Assembly (NCBI GenBank): GCA_036172245.1
Contig: JAYWIR010000004.1
Coordinates: forward strand, 2,914,001-2,978,000
Direction of reading: 5' to 3'
Source of the DNA: Raillietiella orientalis
Lineage: Eukaryota
DNA: 64,000 bases
Under the pieces are notes generated by a model. That model was given only the letters and a program-made list of their open reading frames with translations, did not search any database and was not told the DNA's origin. The translations under genes were made by a program, and so were the position numbers. This document shows positions 1 through 13,990 of the stretch, in pieces (positions within the stretch are counted from its first letter, which is position 1; each line of letters starts with the position of its first letter).

Positions 1-284
1 CCGGCTCTTAGTGCTCAGTGAAAAAAAAAGGCAGATTGAATTAAATAACGTTTGAGGGCTGTCTCCACGCGTTTCTGGATCTTCAGAGTTAGAATGTTGC
101 CCCAGCCACCTAACATGTCCACGTGCAGTTTTTCTTGCGCCCAAAATTACTGGCGGGCGTGCCAACGCTTCTTTGCGTTGAACAGTGTGCAGAAGCCGAG
201 ACCCTTCGTTGTCCGATGTATTATGGCACATGTGTTTGTGATTTTCTCGATGCAAATGAAAAAAAAAAACGTCTTTGATCCCAG

Positions 285-3200
285 ATAGGCTTGGTGGAAG
301 TGGAATGGCTGGAAACTCTGTCCACCATCAATGTAGAGGAACTGTCTTACCTGGATTTCGTGGACCAGGGCCGGTTCTTGAGCGAGGAACTGAGATCTCA
401 GGTGAGTTCTTTTCTACCCCCATGACTTTCAAAGAGAATCGAATGATCGATGCCAGCTTCCGTGATCTTCCTCTTGAACACTGACTGTAGACGCTGGTGT
501 TCAGATAGCTGAGAAGAGTTCCCGTGCACTGAGTTCTTTGGCTTTGTAGATCCAGGAAAGTGTGATCCAGGAAACGACATAAAATGATAGATTGTTGGTG
601 CTGCTTTTGTCGCTTTCGCGAATCGGGAACATCCGCTGACGTGTATGACGGTAAAAAGCTGCAGGAAGAAGAAAACAGTGCTTTTAACCAAATCAGGGAG
701 CGCAGTGGAGAAATCGGAAGTGAGTTTTCGAGCCAAAACAGAAAAAGAAAATAAATAAAACATAATTTCCACACTCGCACATTTCGAGGAGTTTCGTGAT
801 AATCACACTCCATCAAAGATCCTGATGAAGTATGATTTCGCACATTTGGCATTCTTGAATTTGACGAAGGAATCAGTGTCGTAGGAAAGATGCGATGAAT
901 AGACTGGTTTGGCATTGAACGAGTGAAGGACGGACTCACTTGCAAAATGATCACTAGAAAGGTAGAACATGAAACATCTGAGAGAAGAATATTGCAAAGT
1001 TTTGGGTTGGCACGAGTAGGGCTGTAGGAACCGGCGAAGATACGAAAACTGCAACTTCTCCAGCCCTGGGCACATCATCTGGAATGCACACTAGGAGCGT
1101 GTGTACGAAAATGCTGGTCGTACCGTCCCAATCAGACGCTGGCATCACGTGTGGCTTGGAGAGCTGCGAACATCCCGACTTTACGTCCATCTGAATCGAG
1201 GAGCATAGCTGCTATGAAGGCATGAGGCATGCAGAGCATGGCGGAAAGAAGGGAAGAATGGAGAGAAGAAGCGAAGGTCCGGGAGACTGCCCGCGCCACC
1301 CTCTCACTTGAAGCCAAGACGCTCACGGCAACCATACAGCCGATTGATCAGACAAGAAAGTTGCTCAGCCCTTCCCTCGAGTGTAATCAGGTGAAAACGG
1401 ATTATTCATACCTGACTGGGAGTAAAGGAAACTAAACCGGAAAGGAAGTTAACATCTATCATATTGTGACTTGTAGGCAGAATGAGCTGACTCATCAAAC
1501 AGTTCTACTGTTGAAAATCGAACAAGAGAACGCGGGAAGAAAGGAAGAATACAGATATCCCAATTGAGCATAATCCCCGGTGATCATCGTGTCCTGCACC
1601 ACTTGCTGTTAAATCCAAATCACCAGTGGCAGTAGACGCAAATGATTTCCTTTAAGTACATCTCCACAGTCGAGGAAAAGAAATGCCGCAGGCTTTCTAA
1701 CGAGGTGACGATGAACTGAGAACACAATCTGATTTCCTCTGGACGGACTGCATCTCTTTGGGGATTCGTTGACCGAGATTTGCAAGCTGGGCCGATGCCC
1801 AATGCCCGTAAAAGTAGGGAGCACCCAAAAATTCCGGTATGAATGGAAACGATGAGAAGCGGCGGCATTTAACAATTCCCCAATCCCCTCATTTGCGAGG
1901 AAAAAAACAGGACGCTTGCTCTCTCATATCATACAGAAATCCGAGAAGCAACTCGATCCACTCACCCTCACTAGAAAGCAAAAATGAAAAGGGAGAGAGG
2001 GGAAAAAAAAGGAAATTTTCGAATCTGTCTATCGGAAATCCGTTCCATCCATCACAACGAATAGCTAGCGTTACTTACAAATGGATGTCAGAACACAAAG
2101 AGAAAATTCCTTCGTTTCCTCGCGACTTAATCTCTGTGATTTGAAATCTATCGTATTGCTTCAACTGCCGTTCTGAGACACTGAGTTCTGACTCAGTACC
2201 AAGCTACAGGAAAATATGACGGTGTGCTCGTTATGCGCATGACACTTAGTGGTGCTGAGCTGCAAAGAAGCTACTCCATTGCATGCTCTGGACGAACCTT
2301 GTTAACATTTCCGGAAGCTTCGCCGAGAACACTCCTTTGCTGAGTATCAGAAAATTCTTGGAGGATCGCAAAAAAATTTCAATACTCTTTTTGCAGAAAT
2401 AGAACAATCTAGCGAGAGGCACCATTGGCACGTGAAGAATTTCACCCGTCATGCCCATTCATAAATCGTAAAAAGTTATGAATGAAAGCGGAAGGCAAGC
2501 AACGAAAGTGTAGAATGACCCACTGCAATAAGAACGACATGTTTTCTAGAATTTACTTGTCGCAAGATGGTTCCGGAACGGAGGAACAGCTTTGAAGCAG
2601 CGATAGGCTCAAACATGGCGCATAAAAACGATAGGGGTGTTTAGGATTCATCCTCAGGAGTCGCTCTCGCTCAATCGTTGCCTCAGGATGCAGGAAGAAG
2701 AAGTAATCATATCTTAAAGTACACTTTATCTCTGGAGGTGGTAGCTGTTACGTAGATTGTGTTATCACACTGTCTAGTCTTCGGTAGGAATCTCTTGCGT
2801 TGTTTCGTTCAGTTTTTGTGCTGTTTGTGCATACATTCTCATGGCTACGTAAATGATGCAACTAATGAAGTAAGCGAACAGTTTATGGCCAGCATCAACG
2901 TAAGGGGTAGCCATCAGGGTTGTCTGCCACATGAAATGTTGGTCCCTGTGTTCCAGTCCGTTTCACATTCCCGATATCAATAAGTTATTCCAAATCATTG
3001 TATATATTATAGTCACACGGGTGCTCCTATCTCGCGGACAACCAAGAAAAATCCGTGTAAACCCGAAACTTCAAATCCCCTGATGACGAAACATGAAGGA
3101 AGTTGACTGAAAATTTTCATTTAATGCTGTTGTCTTAAGTTGCATTTGGAACTCTTGAAGGAATTCACTGCCTATGCAATGTAAGCAGAAAGGCAAAAGC

Positions 3201-6200
3201 ATCAACATCAAAGACATTATATAGTGCGAAAACAGTTGTGTATTTTCCTTTTCCAAAGGAGAAAGACGTGTTAGCCCTTCACAAAGATGTGCCTGGCAAA
3301 GGATTTCAATTCCTTGGGAGCGTTCAATGTGCAGTTCGGTCAATAATTTTGGATAAGATTGATTTTCACCTTGCTGCAGAGAAAGAAAAGAAGCAAAGCA
3401 TGAGATTTCTTGATGTTACATAATTTCTTGTTCTTCGTGAATCATGAGCTCGTCCTACTCGCTTCGCTTCTTGTCTCCACCCGTTGAACAAGCGCCATGC
3501 TTTTGATTGACGTGATTTCGGTATCGCGATGATAATTCAAGCTTTTGATCGCCCAAATGTGCCCTTCTTCAAGCCCTTCTTGCTTCATTGTACAAAAGGT
3601 GCGCACATTTTTCAGATTAGTGTATTCTCTTATCGATAGTTTCTTGTGTCCACTGCGGTAGCAGCAGTTTTCGGAACAGCTTTGGGGAAGTCTTGGAACG
3701 TCTCAGGTCCGCTGTGGGAACGGTATCCACCCTTACAAGAGTGGCTTTGATATGCACTTGGAAACGACGTCTCAGCCTGGCCAATTTTGAGATTTCTCAA
3801 AGTCTTACTCTTCTGTAGAGTTTTCTTCTCATCGTGAGCATTTGAACGTTCCAGCTCAGCTGGTTTCCTTCTCCCATACGAGGTGAGGTGACCACTTTAG
3901 GTTGAGGAAAGCTCGTTCAGAACAAGATATCGATCGGACCGTGCCTTCCCACAGATATACGAATGAGGCGGCGAGAAGATTGCTCTGATTCTTGTCCTGT
4001 TTCTGCGTATTGAATTCATTTTGATTTCTCTGAGCCACCGCAAATCACTTTTGAATCACGCACCTCCCTTGATTTCTTGCTAATTCATTTTTCATCTGCT
4101 CCCACAGGGCGTCGACGTAGTCATCGCACTCACACACATGCGGCTTCCCAATGACATCCGACTTCTAGAAGAAGTCAGCGAAATTGATCTGGTATTAGGT
4201 GGGCACGACCATATTTATACGGTTCAGGAGGTAGGTCCATTTTCAGGAAATAAATAAGTAAAAAAAAACATCAGTCTTTAAATGTATATCAACGCTGTTC
4301 TTATAATAAAATGGCCTTGATCAGTGCGTTTGAATTTCCGATTTGCGGAACAAATTCCACAAAAGTTATTCAGACCGAAGATAGAAGAAGCCCAACTCTT
4401 TGAAACTCAGCATCCTTCTTAGTCCCTCACTGATTTTAAAATTCGGAAACAACCCTTTTTTCTTTTTCCCCCTTTTTTCCTTTCTTTTTTTTCCCGCAAG
4501 AAAACGAAAAACGGCACCAGACTGAGTGCATAGTAGATTTTCAGAATAGGTGCTTTCTATTTGATCATTTTCGATGGTTCATTTTCGCACTTTGATGCGA
4601 AAGTGGATGCGCTTACCTTGCTGCACGTCTCTAAAAGATAATGCCCGAGACGAATCATTGAGGCTGAGTTCTTGTGCTCAGTGAGGACGCTTAGGCAATC
4701 TGCTAGAGGCTGTAACTCTCATTAACAGTGAGGTTTTGCATGAACAAGCATGAAAAAGTAATCTGTACCACAGAAAAGACCTCTAAATTGAATTCCAAAT
4801 CACTATTCTGATGAAGATGTAATGTACAAGGACCCTTTTTCTTTTTTCCTCCGTATACTTCGCTTAGAAAGCTTAAAGCATGAGGCCATTAACTGTGATC
4901 CAAAAGTGGAGGCCGACATGCACCGATATGTAGACTTGTAATAAAGAAGCTTTAGCAAAGCCAATCGCTATTTAATGTAATTGAATTGCTATTTGCCTCT
5001 TGAGAATATTCTTAGACGCATTTTATTTGAAGACTGCTAAAAGACTGATACTGACCGCACAGATTGGATGCCGCAGATGCTCACATGTAGTGCTTATCAA
5101 ACCATTGTGATTCTACTGGATACGAGTGCACTCTTAGGGAGAAAGCTAACAGTTCAAATTACCAAGAAATCAATGATTGCATTTTGTAAGGGCCAATATC
5201 GAGCGATTTCGTGGCGAGCCTTTCCAGCTAGCAATCAGTTGTCCAGTGAGGGGGTACCACCAATGGAGATGGATCCTTTCATAAAAAGCATTCATTTCCA
5301 GATCTCAGAATCCGGATTTTTAAAATCCAAAATAAATTTTCGAGTTCTAGAGCTCTGTTTTGTTTTGTTTTGAGAACAAGAATTCGTATAACCTGTAAGC
5401 TCATTCCACAATGACCTCCATTTCATCACATGTCTTTTTAGATTGATGGACGGTTCGTAGTAAAAAGTGGAGCGGATTTCAAACAGTTTTCCTTAATAAC
5501 CCTGGATTTTGTTCACGATAGAACACCTTCGGTGAACATTCGAAGAATCGATGTGGATTCTTCGTTTCCGGAGGATGTAACTTTGAAAAATGAACTTGCT
5601 ATATTTTCAAGTGAGGCCATTTTCATTCAGTAAAAGAAGCGAATTTTGCCTATTAGATGCTTTTGAAGCGCGAAAATAATCAATCACTGTTCTCCTTTGC
5701 TAGAAGGCATTCTGTATTTATTCAGGATACTTTGTTGTGGTCATTGATATTCCTCCAAAGGGCTCATGTTTCCATCTCTCTGCTGGAACCCCCCCCCCCT
5801 CCCCCCCAAAAAAACAAAGCGATTCTTACGCTCGCCAATTTTCCGAGTTACCTTTGGACTCGGATTAAGCGAAACAGAAGGGAAGGGAAATTGAGCAATC
5901 GATGCTGGGGAACGAACGAATGAACCAAAGAATGTTTAAAAGATCATCTTTATTTCTTTTTCGTTTTTTGATTTTCATTTTTTCGTTAAAACTTACTCGA
6001 CAGTCATGAAACCCTTTCATTAATGACTTTCGACACACTCTCGTGATTCGGAGTCGGCTGCAACCTTTGGAGCAGAATCAGTGGGATGACGATAACTTAT
6101 TCTCGAAAAAAAAATCATGAAACAAGAAGCGGAGGTCTCCGTGCATCAGATGCTTGGTTTTATTTTTTCATCCCTGAAAATAATGTAGTTCATATTTTTT

Positions 6201-9200
6201 CACCCTGAGAATTATCATCAAAACGCCACCAGCATCCCTCGAGATCTTCCAAAAGTGATCTTCCAACTTGAGATAGGTGAGACGTTGTCTTGGGGAAAAA
6301 GTCCTCTACATACACGAATTCATCCGACTTCGTGTCTTCTTCGGAACGGTCCTCTGCCCTCGGATCACAGTTTCTCATCAGGAAAAATGGCAAGGTTGGA
6401 GATGTTCTTGCATTTCCTGGGTACAAAGATGAGAGCAACTAATGAGGCCTTAACTTGTCGGTGCAGTCGAATGGTGGAATTCTAATTATCGAATTGCCCT
6501 CGAGAAAAGACGGGGAGGACGAGAACTTGGAGACAAGAACGGATGGATGGGACAGAGTAGCAGTGAACAACATGAGAGAATAAAGATGTCTCTTCACAAA
6601 TGTTCCTCTTCGTGCTGAGTAACGATCCGAAGGAACACTTTGCTGAGAAACAGACTTACGATCTCATACTTTATCGGGCATGTGGATATAGACCCCTTCA
6701 TCAGAACGACCGTGCGTAGCAGAAGAGATGTTAGAAATCGAGTGAGAGATCGAGGCGTGAACCTTCGAAAAACTCAGCTGAACCATCAGGAGCAAACTTT
6801 CGGCAGAGTACTGCTGCTTCCTATCTTCTCCGTTTCCTTCCTCTCCGGCGTTTGATTGTCTCCTTTGATCGCTTACCAAGTTGCTCCAGAAGACATTGTC
6901 TGAAGCGTCAGTTGCGAAAAAGGCCATCTTCCGAAGGCTTGAAGACCATGCCATCCTCAAGATGCATGCATGCTCTGGCAAACGTCGTGGAGAAACTACT
7001 CGGTCGAGCGAGCTCACACTCGCAGCTGCACATCACAACTGTTCCGACGCTCTGATGGGCAACTTCTCGCTCACCGGCGCTCTCATCGCAGGCACTCCTG
7101 TGAATGCTTCATTTTTTTGTGTGGTTTTTTTTTGTTTTTCTCCCCGGCTGGAAAAATCCATCGGATTCGCAGCCTCGTGCCTCTCCTCAATAGTTTTAGT
7201 GCATAGCCAAACCGGTGAACCGAGCCAGGTGCCCTGATCGACTGGAGTCTGTTCTGATCACTGGCTAGTCCGTTTGCCGTGTTGGACCAAGGCAAAAAAG
7301 CTGTTTCCTTGATACAAAGGAAAGCAGTGGGAGAGGGGACCTGCGCCCGACCATAAGGGAAAGCACGAATCGTTGGTCCTCCCCAGTAATCACTGCTGGA
7401 TTCCCATCTCGGCACTCGTCGAGTTTTATTTTCGAAAAACGGGCGTGTGCCTGTCGGTATTCCCTCGTCGCCACCAGATCCAGAGTCCTTTCTAGATTCA
7501 GAGTACCGATCCCACTACTTGTTTAGTAACTGAGCTGCCGAAATTCATCATCTCCACTGTCGAGTTCCAGAGTGAGTCCATTTATCGTCTCCAGGTGGCA
7601 GTTTCGTGATTTGAAAGAATATGAATGCCACCGGAGACACAGGGAAGCGCTTTGTGGTTCCGTTTGACTGATTGCCACGGTCAGAAGAAATGCACGTTCT
7701 AACAGAAATTATGGTCGTTTGCAAAGCCATGTGAAGGGCCGGACCCTTGATTAACAAGAAAATAAATGACAAATTAAGAATAGAGAAGGGAGGGGGGGAG
7801 GAGGGTAAGGAAAGGAGGCACATTCATCTCTTTTTCCGTACAAGCGATCTCTTTCTGTGCTTAATCATCAGCGTTAGATTAGTTGAGAAATCTAAGCGCT
7901 ACCTCACCCACTGACCACCCTCGAGTGATTTTTCAGTTCGGTACTTCCGAAAATTCATTTTATAAACTAAGCCCTCTCTTACTTGAAGACCAAGAGAATG
8001 AAAGGAATAAATGTATGAATAAATCAGCTATCATGGGATCATTTCCGGGAGAGAAAGAAGCGAAGCACTGTGCACACGGACAGAAGTTTGGGGAACAGAA
8101 GCGGAAATATCACAACTTCCTGCTGCTGCCACTTTCATTTCGAGAAGACGAGGGCCGTGGGTGGGACGAAGCGCTTTCACATGCAACCAAGCAATGCAAC
8201 TATCTTGATAACGAGCACACTCGGTCATGAGAATGGCATTCTGCCAGATTCAGTGGGCGGCTGCAAGGAAAGAAAGAAAAGTTCGTTTTAAGTACTGCGA
8301 ATCTAAGGAACCGCTTGGATGAAACTGCTGCGTCCGTTTCTCTATCGAAGGATCGACTGATCTAATATCCGCGCTCATCCCGGAAACACGCAATGCTTCC
8401 CAGTAACTAGTTGTGTACGTCGTTAATTAAGAACGATAAAATCTTGCTGGTGCCTTTGCCTCGAGCAGTCCCAACTGTAAATGGATTCCAAACAGTGTAT
8501 GAGTGAAGCATCGTCAAAGTACTTTGATATCGCAATCGGTTTTCGTTGAGCACTGATGCAAAACAACTCTTAATCTAATACTGCACTTCGTCTGTGGTAA
8601 GGAATGGGTGAAATCTCTCGCCTCGTTCGCTGCCTGGAAAGTTGTCCCTCGAAACTCTCCTTGACCGTTCACGCTTCTTCCGTAAGGGAACGAAACGGGA
8701 TTTCTTTCACCAGTGAATACAAGAAATTGATCGTGCGTTCAAACGTACATGAGCAACGGATAATTAGCTAAGTGATTAGCTTAAAATAATTTCCAAAAAA
8801 TTTCCATCAGCAAACGTGATTTACATAGGTTACAGTCGGGTGCATTAAAGTGCATAGTATCCAACGATTCATCTCGTAGACGGAATCTGTTTTTACAAAA
8901 TGAATTCCTCGTTGGGCAACTGTACCACGTTCACCGTCATAAGACGCAACTATTCCACCATGCTGATGCCTCGTTCTTTCTTTCATTTTGATCGAATGTC
9001 TGCACTGGAGTACTTGAGCAGACAAGTGTCCTTCTCTATTATAGACAACGGTGCATTTAAAGGATGGTGTCATACCATTGTAAGTAAAATAAGGCAAGGA
9101 GGAAGCTCGGTGTTCCCACGTACAAGCATAGGAGAGTTGGTATGAACAAGTTTCCGAATACAAGATTTTCACAGAGCGTTTAAGCAGGAAAAGTTCGTTG

Positions 9201-12200
9201 TCGGAATGTCGAAGCGACGTGCAGAATCACTTGACATGGAAGATTCCAACTTTATTCTCATCTGTCAAAGTGAGACTCAATTCAGAATAAACCTAAGCCC
9301 TCCGAACGTTCCTTAAACACATTTTAAGCACTAGGTCCTTCAACCACGACTTGTGACATCCTCAGCAGTTCCTTGGTGCAGAATAACGAATGAATTGACT
9401 TCCTCGACATAGAGAGTTGATTGAAAAACGAATGATAATTTCTCAGTGTAAACGCAAGGGTGAAGCCTCCTAGGGAGCTGACTTTTGGTTGGTTCAGTGG
9501 AAAGTATGTACCAGAGAGGTGGGAAAACGAACTGAGAAAAAAGAGAGACCTGTGTACAGGTTGGCAATGAGTATGGGAAAAACAGATTCAACGTCGAAAG
9601 ACGCAATGTCTCTAACCAAACATTTACGGAAAGGCTATCATCACAGAGAGGGCAAAACCAAGTGCAGCCAAAAGACAACAGCAAAAAAAAAAAATAGACA
9701 GAGAGCCTATGCAAGGCTAATTTCAAGACTGTTGAGAAATGGAATGCTAAATGGAAGCTGATGATGAGACTGTGCGAGTTTGGACCGATTGTGCATTACA
9801 TATCGGATTTGGTGCACCTTTCACTTTCATAACCCATGCAAGACCTAGAGAGAGCTGCGATCCACAATTCGCATCTAGTTATGCGATTTGTGAAAAAGTT
9901 TGTGAAACCGAAACTCTTGTTCCTCGACCAGTTTCACGTTGTCATTCGCACGTTATCTCTCGCAGAGAAGTCTGTGCTTGCCTCAGTTGCCTCTTGAGTG
10001 GCTCCATTCTGAGAGCCTGGGAACACGGAATCTAATCGAAAACAACGGGTGCAGGCAGCACCGCGGTTTGTTCGCATTGTCTGCGTTTCTCGCCACAAGC
10101 ATATCTGCTCCACCCACGTTGTTTATTCGCAACGGAAAAGTTGCGTGCTGTCCATGAACGGACGCGGGAAACTGGTTACCGGCTCCCATTTAGCCGAACC
10201 TTCCAGGGGTTAGGAGATCACAAGGTAGGGCCGCTCGCTTACAGAGCATGTCAGGAGACTGAATTTGGAAGAACCGGGCTTGGGTTTCCACTTCAACATT
10301 CCAGCATCCAGCATACGATGACCCTTCCGAGGTTTGGAGGCTGTGACAAGAGGAGCATTTCCGAGCATTTCCATTCCCTTCTCATTTGAAATCTGCAGAT
10401 GTTTTCGGTCTTTCTTCTTTCGGTGACAGCCGCGTTTCCAGATCCTCACGATCTCCAGGTCGTGGAGCTTCTAGGTTTGGCGCGGAAATTGCTTTGAAAT
10501 ATTTATGGCTTACTCTTACGTTTGCATTCTTTCAACAAGTCGAACCAGGTGCCCAAAATTTTTGTGGGCACAAAAACTGCAATCGTCGAAACTGTGCAAT
10601 ACATATGTAGTGAATATTAAAGCATAAGGTCCACTTTGGATATCTAGCCTAATAAAAGGTTTCTGAGAAATCGCCAACTCATTTTCTGTTTCTTTAAAGA
10701 ATACGGTGATTCTTTAAAGAAAAAAAAAATCTTCACGCTGAAGCATCCTCTCACGGAAGCAGCACTCGCTCAAGTCCCCGTCGAAGCAGCGGACAAGCAG
10801 TGCTTTTTTCGTGATCCCGTCTACATGGAAACCCGACTGAACGGCATCTGGAAGTTGACTTGCTGCTCAACGGTTTGTTCAGGGAAATCATTTTACGGTT
10901 CAGGATCACGAAAGTAGCCAATGACGGTCACAGAGGATGCGATTAGAGAAGGAGTCCGTTGGAGGTTGAGTTCATTTTTGATGGTTTTTTGAATATATCA
11001 CTTAGAAAGTGTTTGACCACGACTAGTATCTTTCATTTCAAGCATCTTTGGAGAGGTGTCCAACAACACATGAATGTATTGTGTTGCAGATTCTATTAAC
11101 GAAGAAATGGACAAAATTCTGGGCACGATCCAGTCCGATTTGCAAGGGAAATTTGAAGCCATCAGAACGAAGGAAACTAATCTGGGAAACTTTGTTTGCG
11201 ATATTTTATTGGCTGCCAATAAAACCGACGTGGTCCTCATCAACTCTGGAACTTTCCGATCCGATCGCGTGCATCCCAAAGGTCCTTTCCGCATGCGTGA
11301 CTTGTTCGACATCGCACCGTTCATGGATGAAATGATCGTGATCAATGTCACCGGTAGGTGCAGTATTTTCTTCTGTTCGATGTCTTCTTCCAGGAAAGAA
11401 GAAATGCTAAGACAAAAGTGCTTCCAGGAAAAGTTTTGCTAGAGGCTCTTGAAAATGGAGTGTCGCAATACCCAAAACTAGAAGGGAGGTTCCTGCAAGT
11501 GGCAGGAGTATGTTTTGCATTCGACCCTTCCAGCTCTCCAGGAAAACGCGTTGAGCCGGCATCGGTGAAAGTGGGAGACGAAAATTTGAATCTGAACGCT
11601 GAATACAGCGTGGCTACGAAAAAGTACATGAAAGAAGGAAAGGATGGCTTCCATTGCTTTAACGGAGCAACTGTTCTAGTAAGATTTTTCATTCGGCTAT
11701 GGGATAAACAGACGACAACCACAGGTTGACTCGGACGAGACCCCGTTGCTAAACACCGCAATCATTAACCATTTTGAGTCCATACGTATGATAAAGGAGA
11801 ACAGAAATTCAAGTCATCGTCAGAGCCTGGTAGTTCTTTCTCGCAGACATAGTACCATTCGACGGCTGAGTAGTATGGCTGTCTCTGAGAGACGCCCATC
11901 ACTTATGAGACAGCACGTGTTAATACCTGACGTTACCTTTCCCTCGAGAGTCACAAGGCAACGATTATCTATAGACGATGGTTTCCTGCTTGCTTCAAAA
12001 CCATCTGTGCAAGAACGCCATAGTATTTTGGAACTGGAGAACGAGACCGTTCGCTGCTCTCCGGTGGTGGACGGACGAATCACAATACTTACACCAGAGG
12101 TAAAGGGAACATGAAGACGGTCATCGTGACAGTGTTATAGATGAGGAAAAAAATAATGGCAGATGCTCAAGAACCTGAATGTTGTGAAAAAATTCCATCA

Positions 12201-12233
12201 GTTAGTGTGTCGGTAGTCCATGCAGACGACTGA
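285..12233 (+). CDS. 5'-nucleotidase family metallophosphoesterase (calcineurin-like N-domain + 5_nucleotid_C domain), 5'-partial, 7 exons in window
   Basis: Hand-spliced GT-AG exons with consistent phases: 285-401 (IGLVEVEWLETL...), 4108-4230 (VVIALTHMRLPND...DLVLGGHDH), 5442-5610 (VVKSGADFKQF), 11090-11353 (IRTKETNLGNFVCD...LINSGTFRSD), 11428-11678 (LEALENGVSQYPKLEGRFLQVAG...GKDGF), 11725-12099 (...PVVDGRI), 12141-12233 (TGA). THM, GGHDH, ETNLGN, GRFxQV and DGRI are 5'-nucleotidase motifs. Upstream exons lie outside the window. Confidence 0.93.
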
Positions 12234-12376
12234 GGTTATATAAATTTGATAACCACTTGCTCTCTTGCTCAAGGAGAATTCAGGTGTTTCTACTGTAATA
12301 TTGTGCCAGAGCTGAAAATTGGCTATCCTGTTTCCAAGAACAACACAAATTAACTGTAGAATATGAAGTGTCTGGT

Positions 12377-12382
12377 AATAAA
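12377..12382 (+). terminator. Candidate polyadenylation signal (AATAAA) of the 5'-nucleotidase gene
   Basis: First AATAAA after the stop codon at 12231-12233; another at ~12688. Confidence 0.4.
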
Positions 12383-13990
12383 AGCATGGCTGCCACCTGT
12401 TGGCATCATTGGCAGTAAATCCATGATACCATCCTACTTGATGCAAAACGTCAAAAATTTTGCATCTTCAGATGTTTTGTCCCAAACCTTATCCTGGCAG
12501 AACCTAACCAGCATAGCTTTTCAATGAGAATGGAACCGCCAATGAAAGATGGGGAAAAAAAAAACTCGCAATGCTTTCTTTCGCGCCTGTATATAATGAT
12601 GACCACGGAATCGTGTTTTGGTAAGAAATGACACGGTAACGTGTCCCTACCTGTAATCAGCTCGGGAAAGGTGCCGAGCATTGCTTTAATAAAAGTGCAC
12701 TTCGTAAAAACGTGGGCCGCGGAGTATGGGCCGCGGCGAGTGTTCAAAGTGTCCGCGGAGGAATTTCGTAAACAGCGAGCGGTCGCACCATATTGAACCT
12801 GCAAAGGCGGCGGACGAATCACGAACTTTCCCAGAGAAAAAAAAAAAAACCCTTTCGGAATCCTTATTTTTTTCTTTTAGTAACAGCTGAAACCTACGGG
12901 TAATAGGTGTATTTCACATGTGTGTGTCAGGAAAAAAAAAAGAAAATAGTGCTATTCAAGAAAACACACGATCGAAAGCTGTACATTGCAGACATCTGAT
13001 AGAGACCGAATCTGTTGTGAAAGCATCCAGGAAAAGCTTTCCGTGATATATCCGATTTCGCATTTTTTTCTTTTTTGCTGCCAACTTGGACTCCATCCCT
13101 AAGATGTACGCATTTTCACCATGCATTTTGAAACCAGCAAATCGGATTCCACCTAAAGATTTTCACCGCAAAAAGAGTTTAATTTTCAAACTTCAAGAAC
13201 CCTGTGCGAGGTAGTACGATTGCAGGATATTTCCGTTGCCTTTCGTTATTCCTACAAAATTAGGGGACAATACAACATGGAATACCGAATGAACTTGTGC
13301 ATTTCTTCCTTGAAATGTACTACGGGTAGTTGCTGAATAATGTACAGAGAACTTGTGTTAACAAATGGGAAAAAGGTAAAATAAAGACATAGTACAATTC
13401 ACAAATAATAACTTTTTGGAGTCAAATCTCTGGCATGAGTCCATTTTTGTCCGTGAAAATAGCTTTGAGATCTTTACAGTTTTTCATGGATGTAAGAAAT
13501 TCCTGAAAAATCTAAACTGAATATTACTAGCATATGACTATAGTTATTAAATGCCAGTTTGAAAAAGGAAATGTTAGTACATTAAAGTATAAAAGCTGCT
13601 TTTATTTGAAGTTAATACTGAATCAACAGATTTTTTATTATTATCATCATTAAACTTGATTCAATTATAAATGTGCTGTGCAGACACTTCCCTTGCTCAG
13701 TGTCAATAATAACAAAGAATCACAACTTCTCCAAATCAACCTTTATATAAGTGAATTACAAACAGATGACATTCCAAAGATAAATGACCATCATTTAAAC
13801 AACATAGCAATTTGTTGTCATATCTTCAATGGCCATCTGCTGCTTGAAATTTGGGATGCAGATGACAAATTTCACAAGATAACTCAAGAACATTCTTATT
13901 TAATGTTCATAGTGTAATGACATGTCATCAGGATGTTAAAATCCCACTATTCTCTATGTATTAAATATTAATGAACACAACCTTTTACTG

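Noticed and set aside
328..1078. Nested F-box/LRR-like gene on the minus strand (CPGLEKL, IHVSGCS fragments)
   Set aside because: The motifs are short, in different frames and not repeated with LRR periodicity.
11385..11427. Alternative upstream acceptor (duplicated CTTCCAGGAAA) in the 5'-nucleotidase intron
   Set aside because: Using the first AG gives an in-frame TAA within a few codons; only the AG at 11426-11427 keeps the frame.
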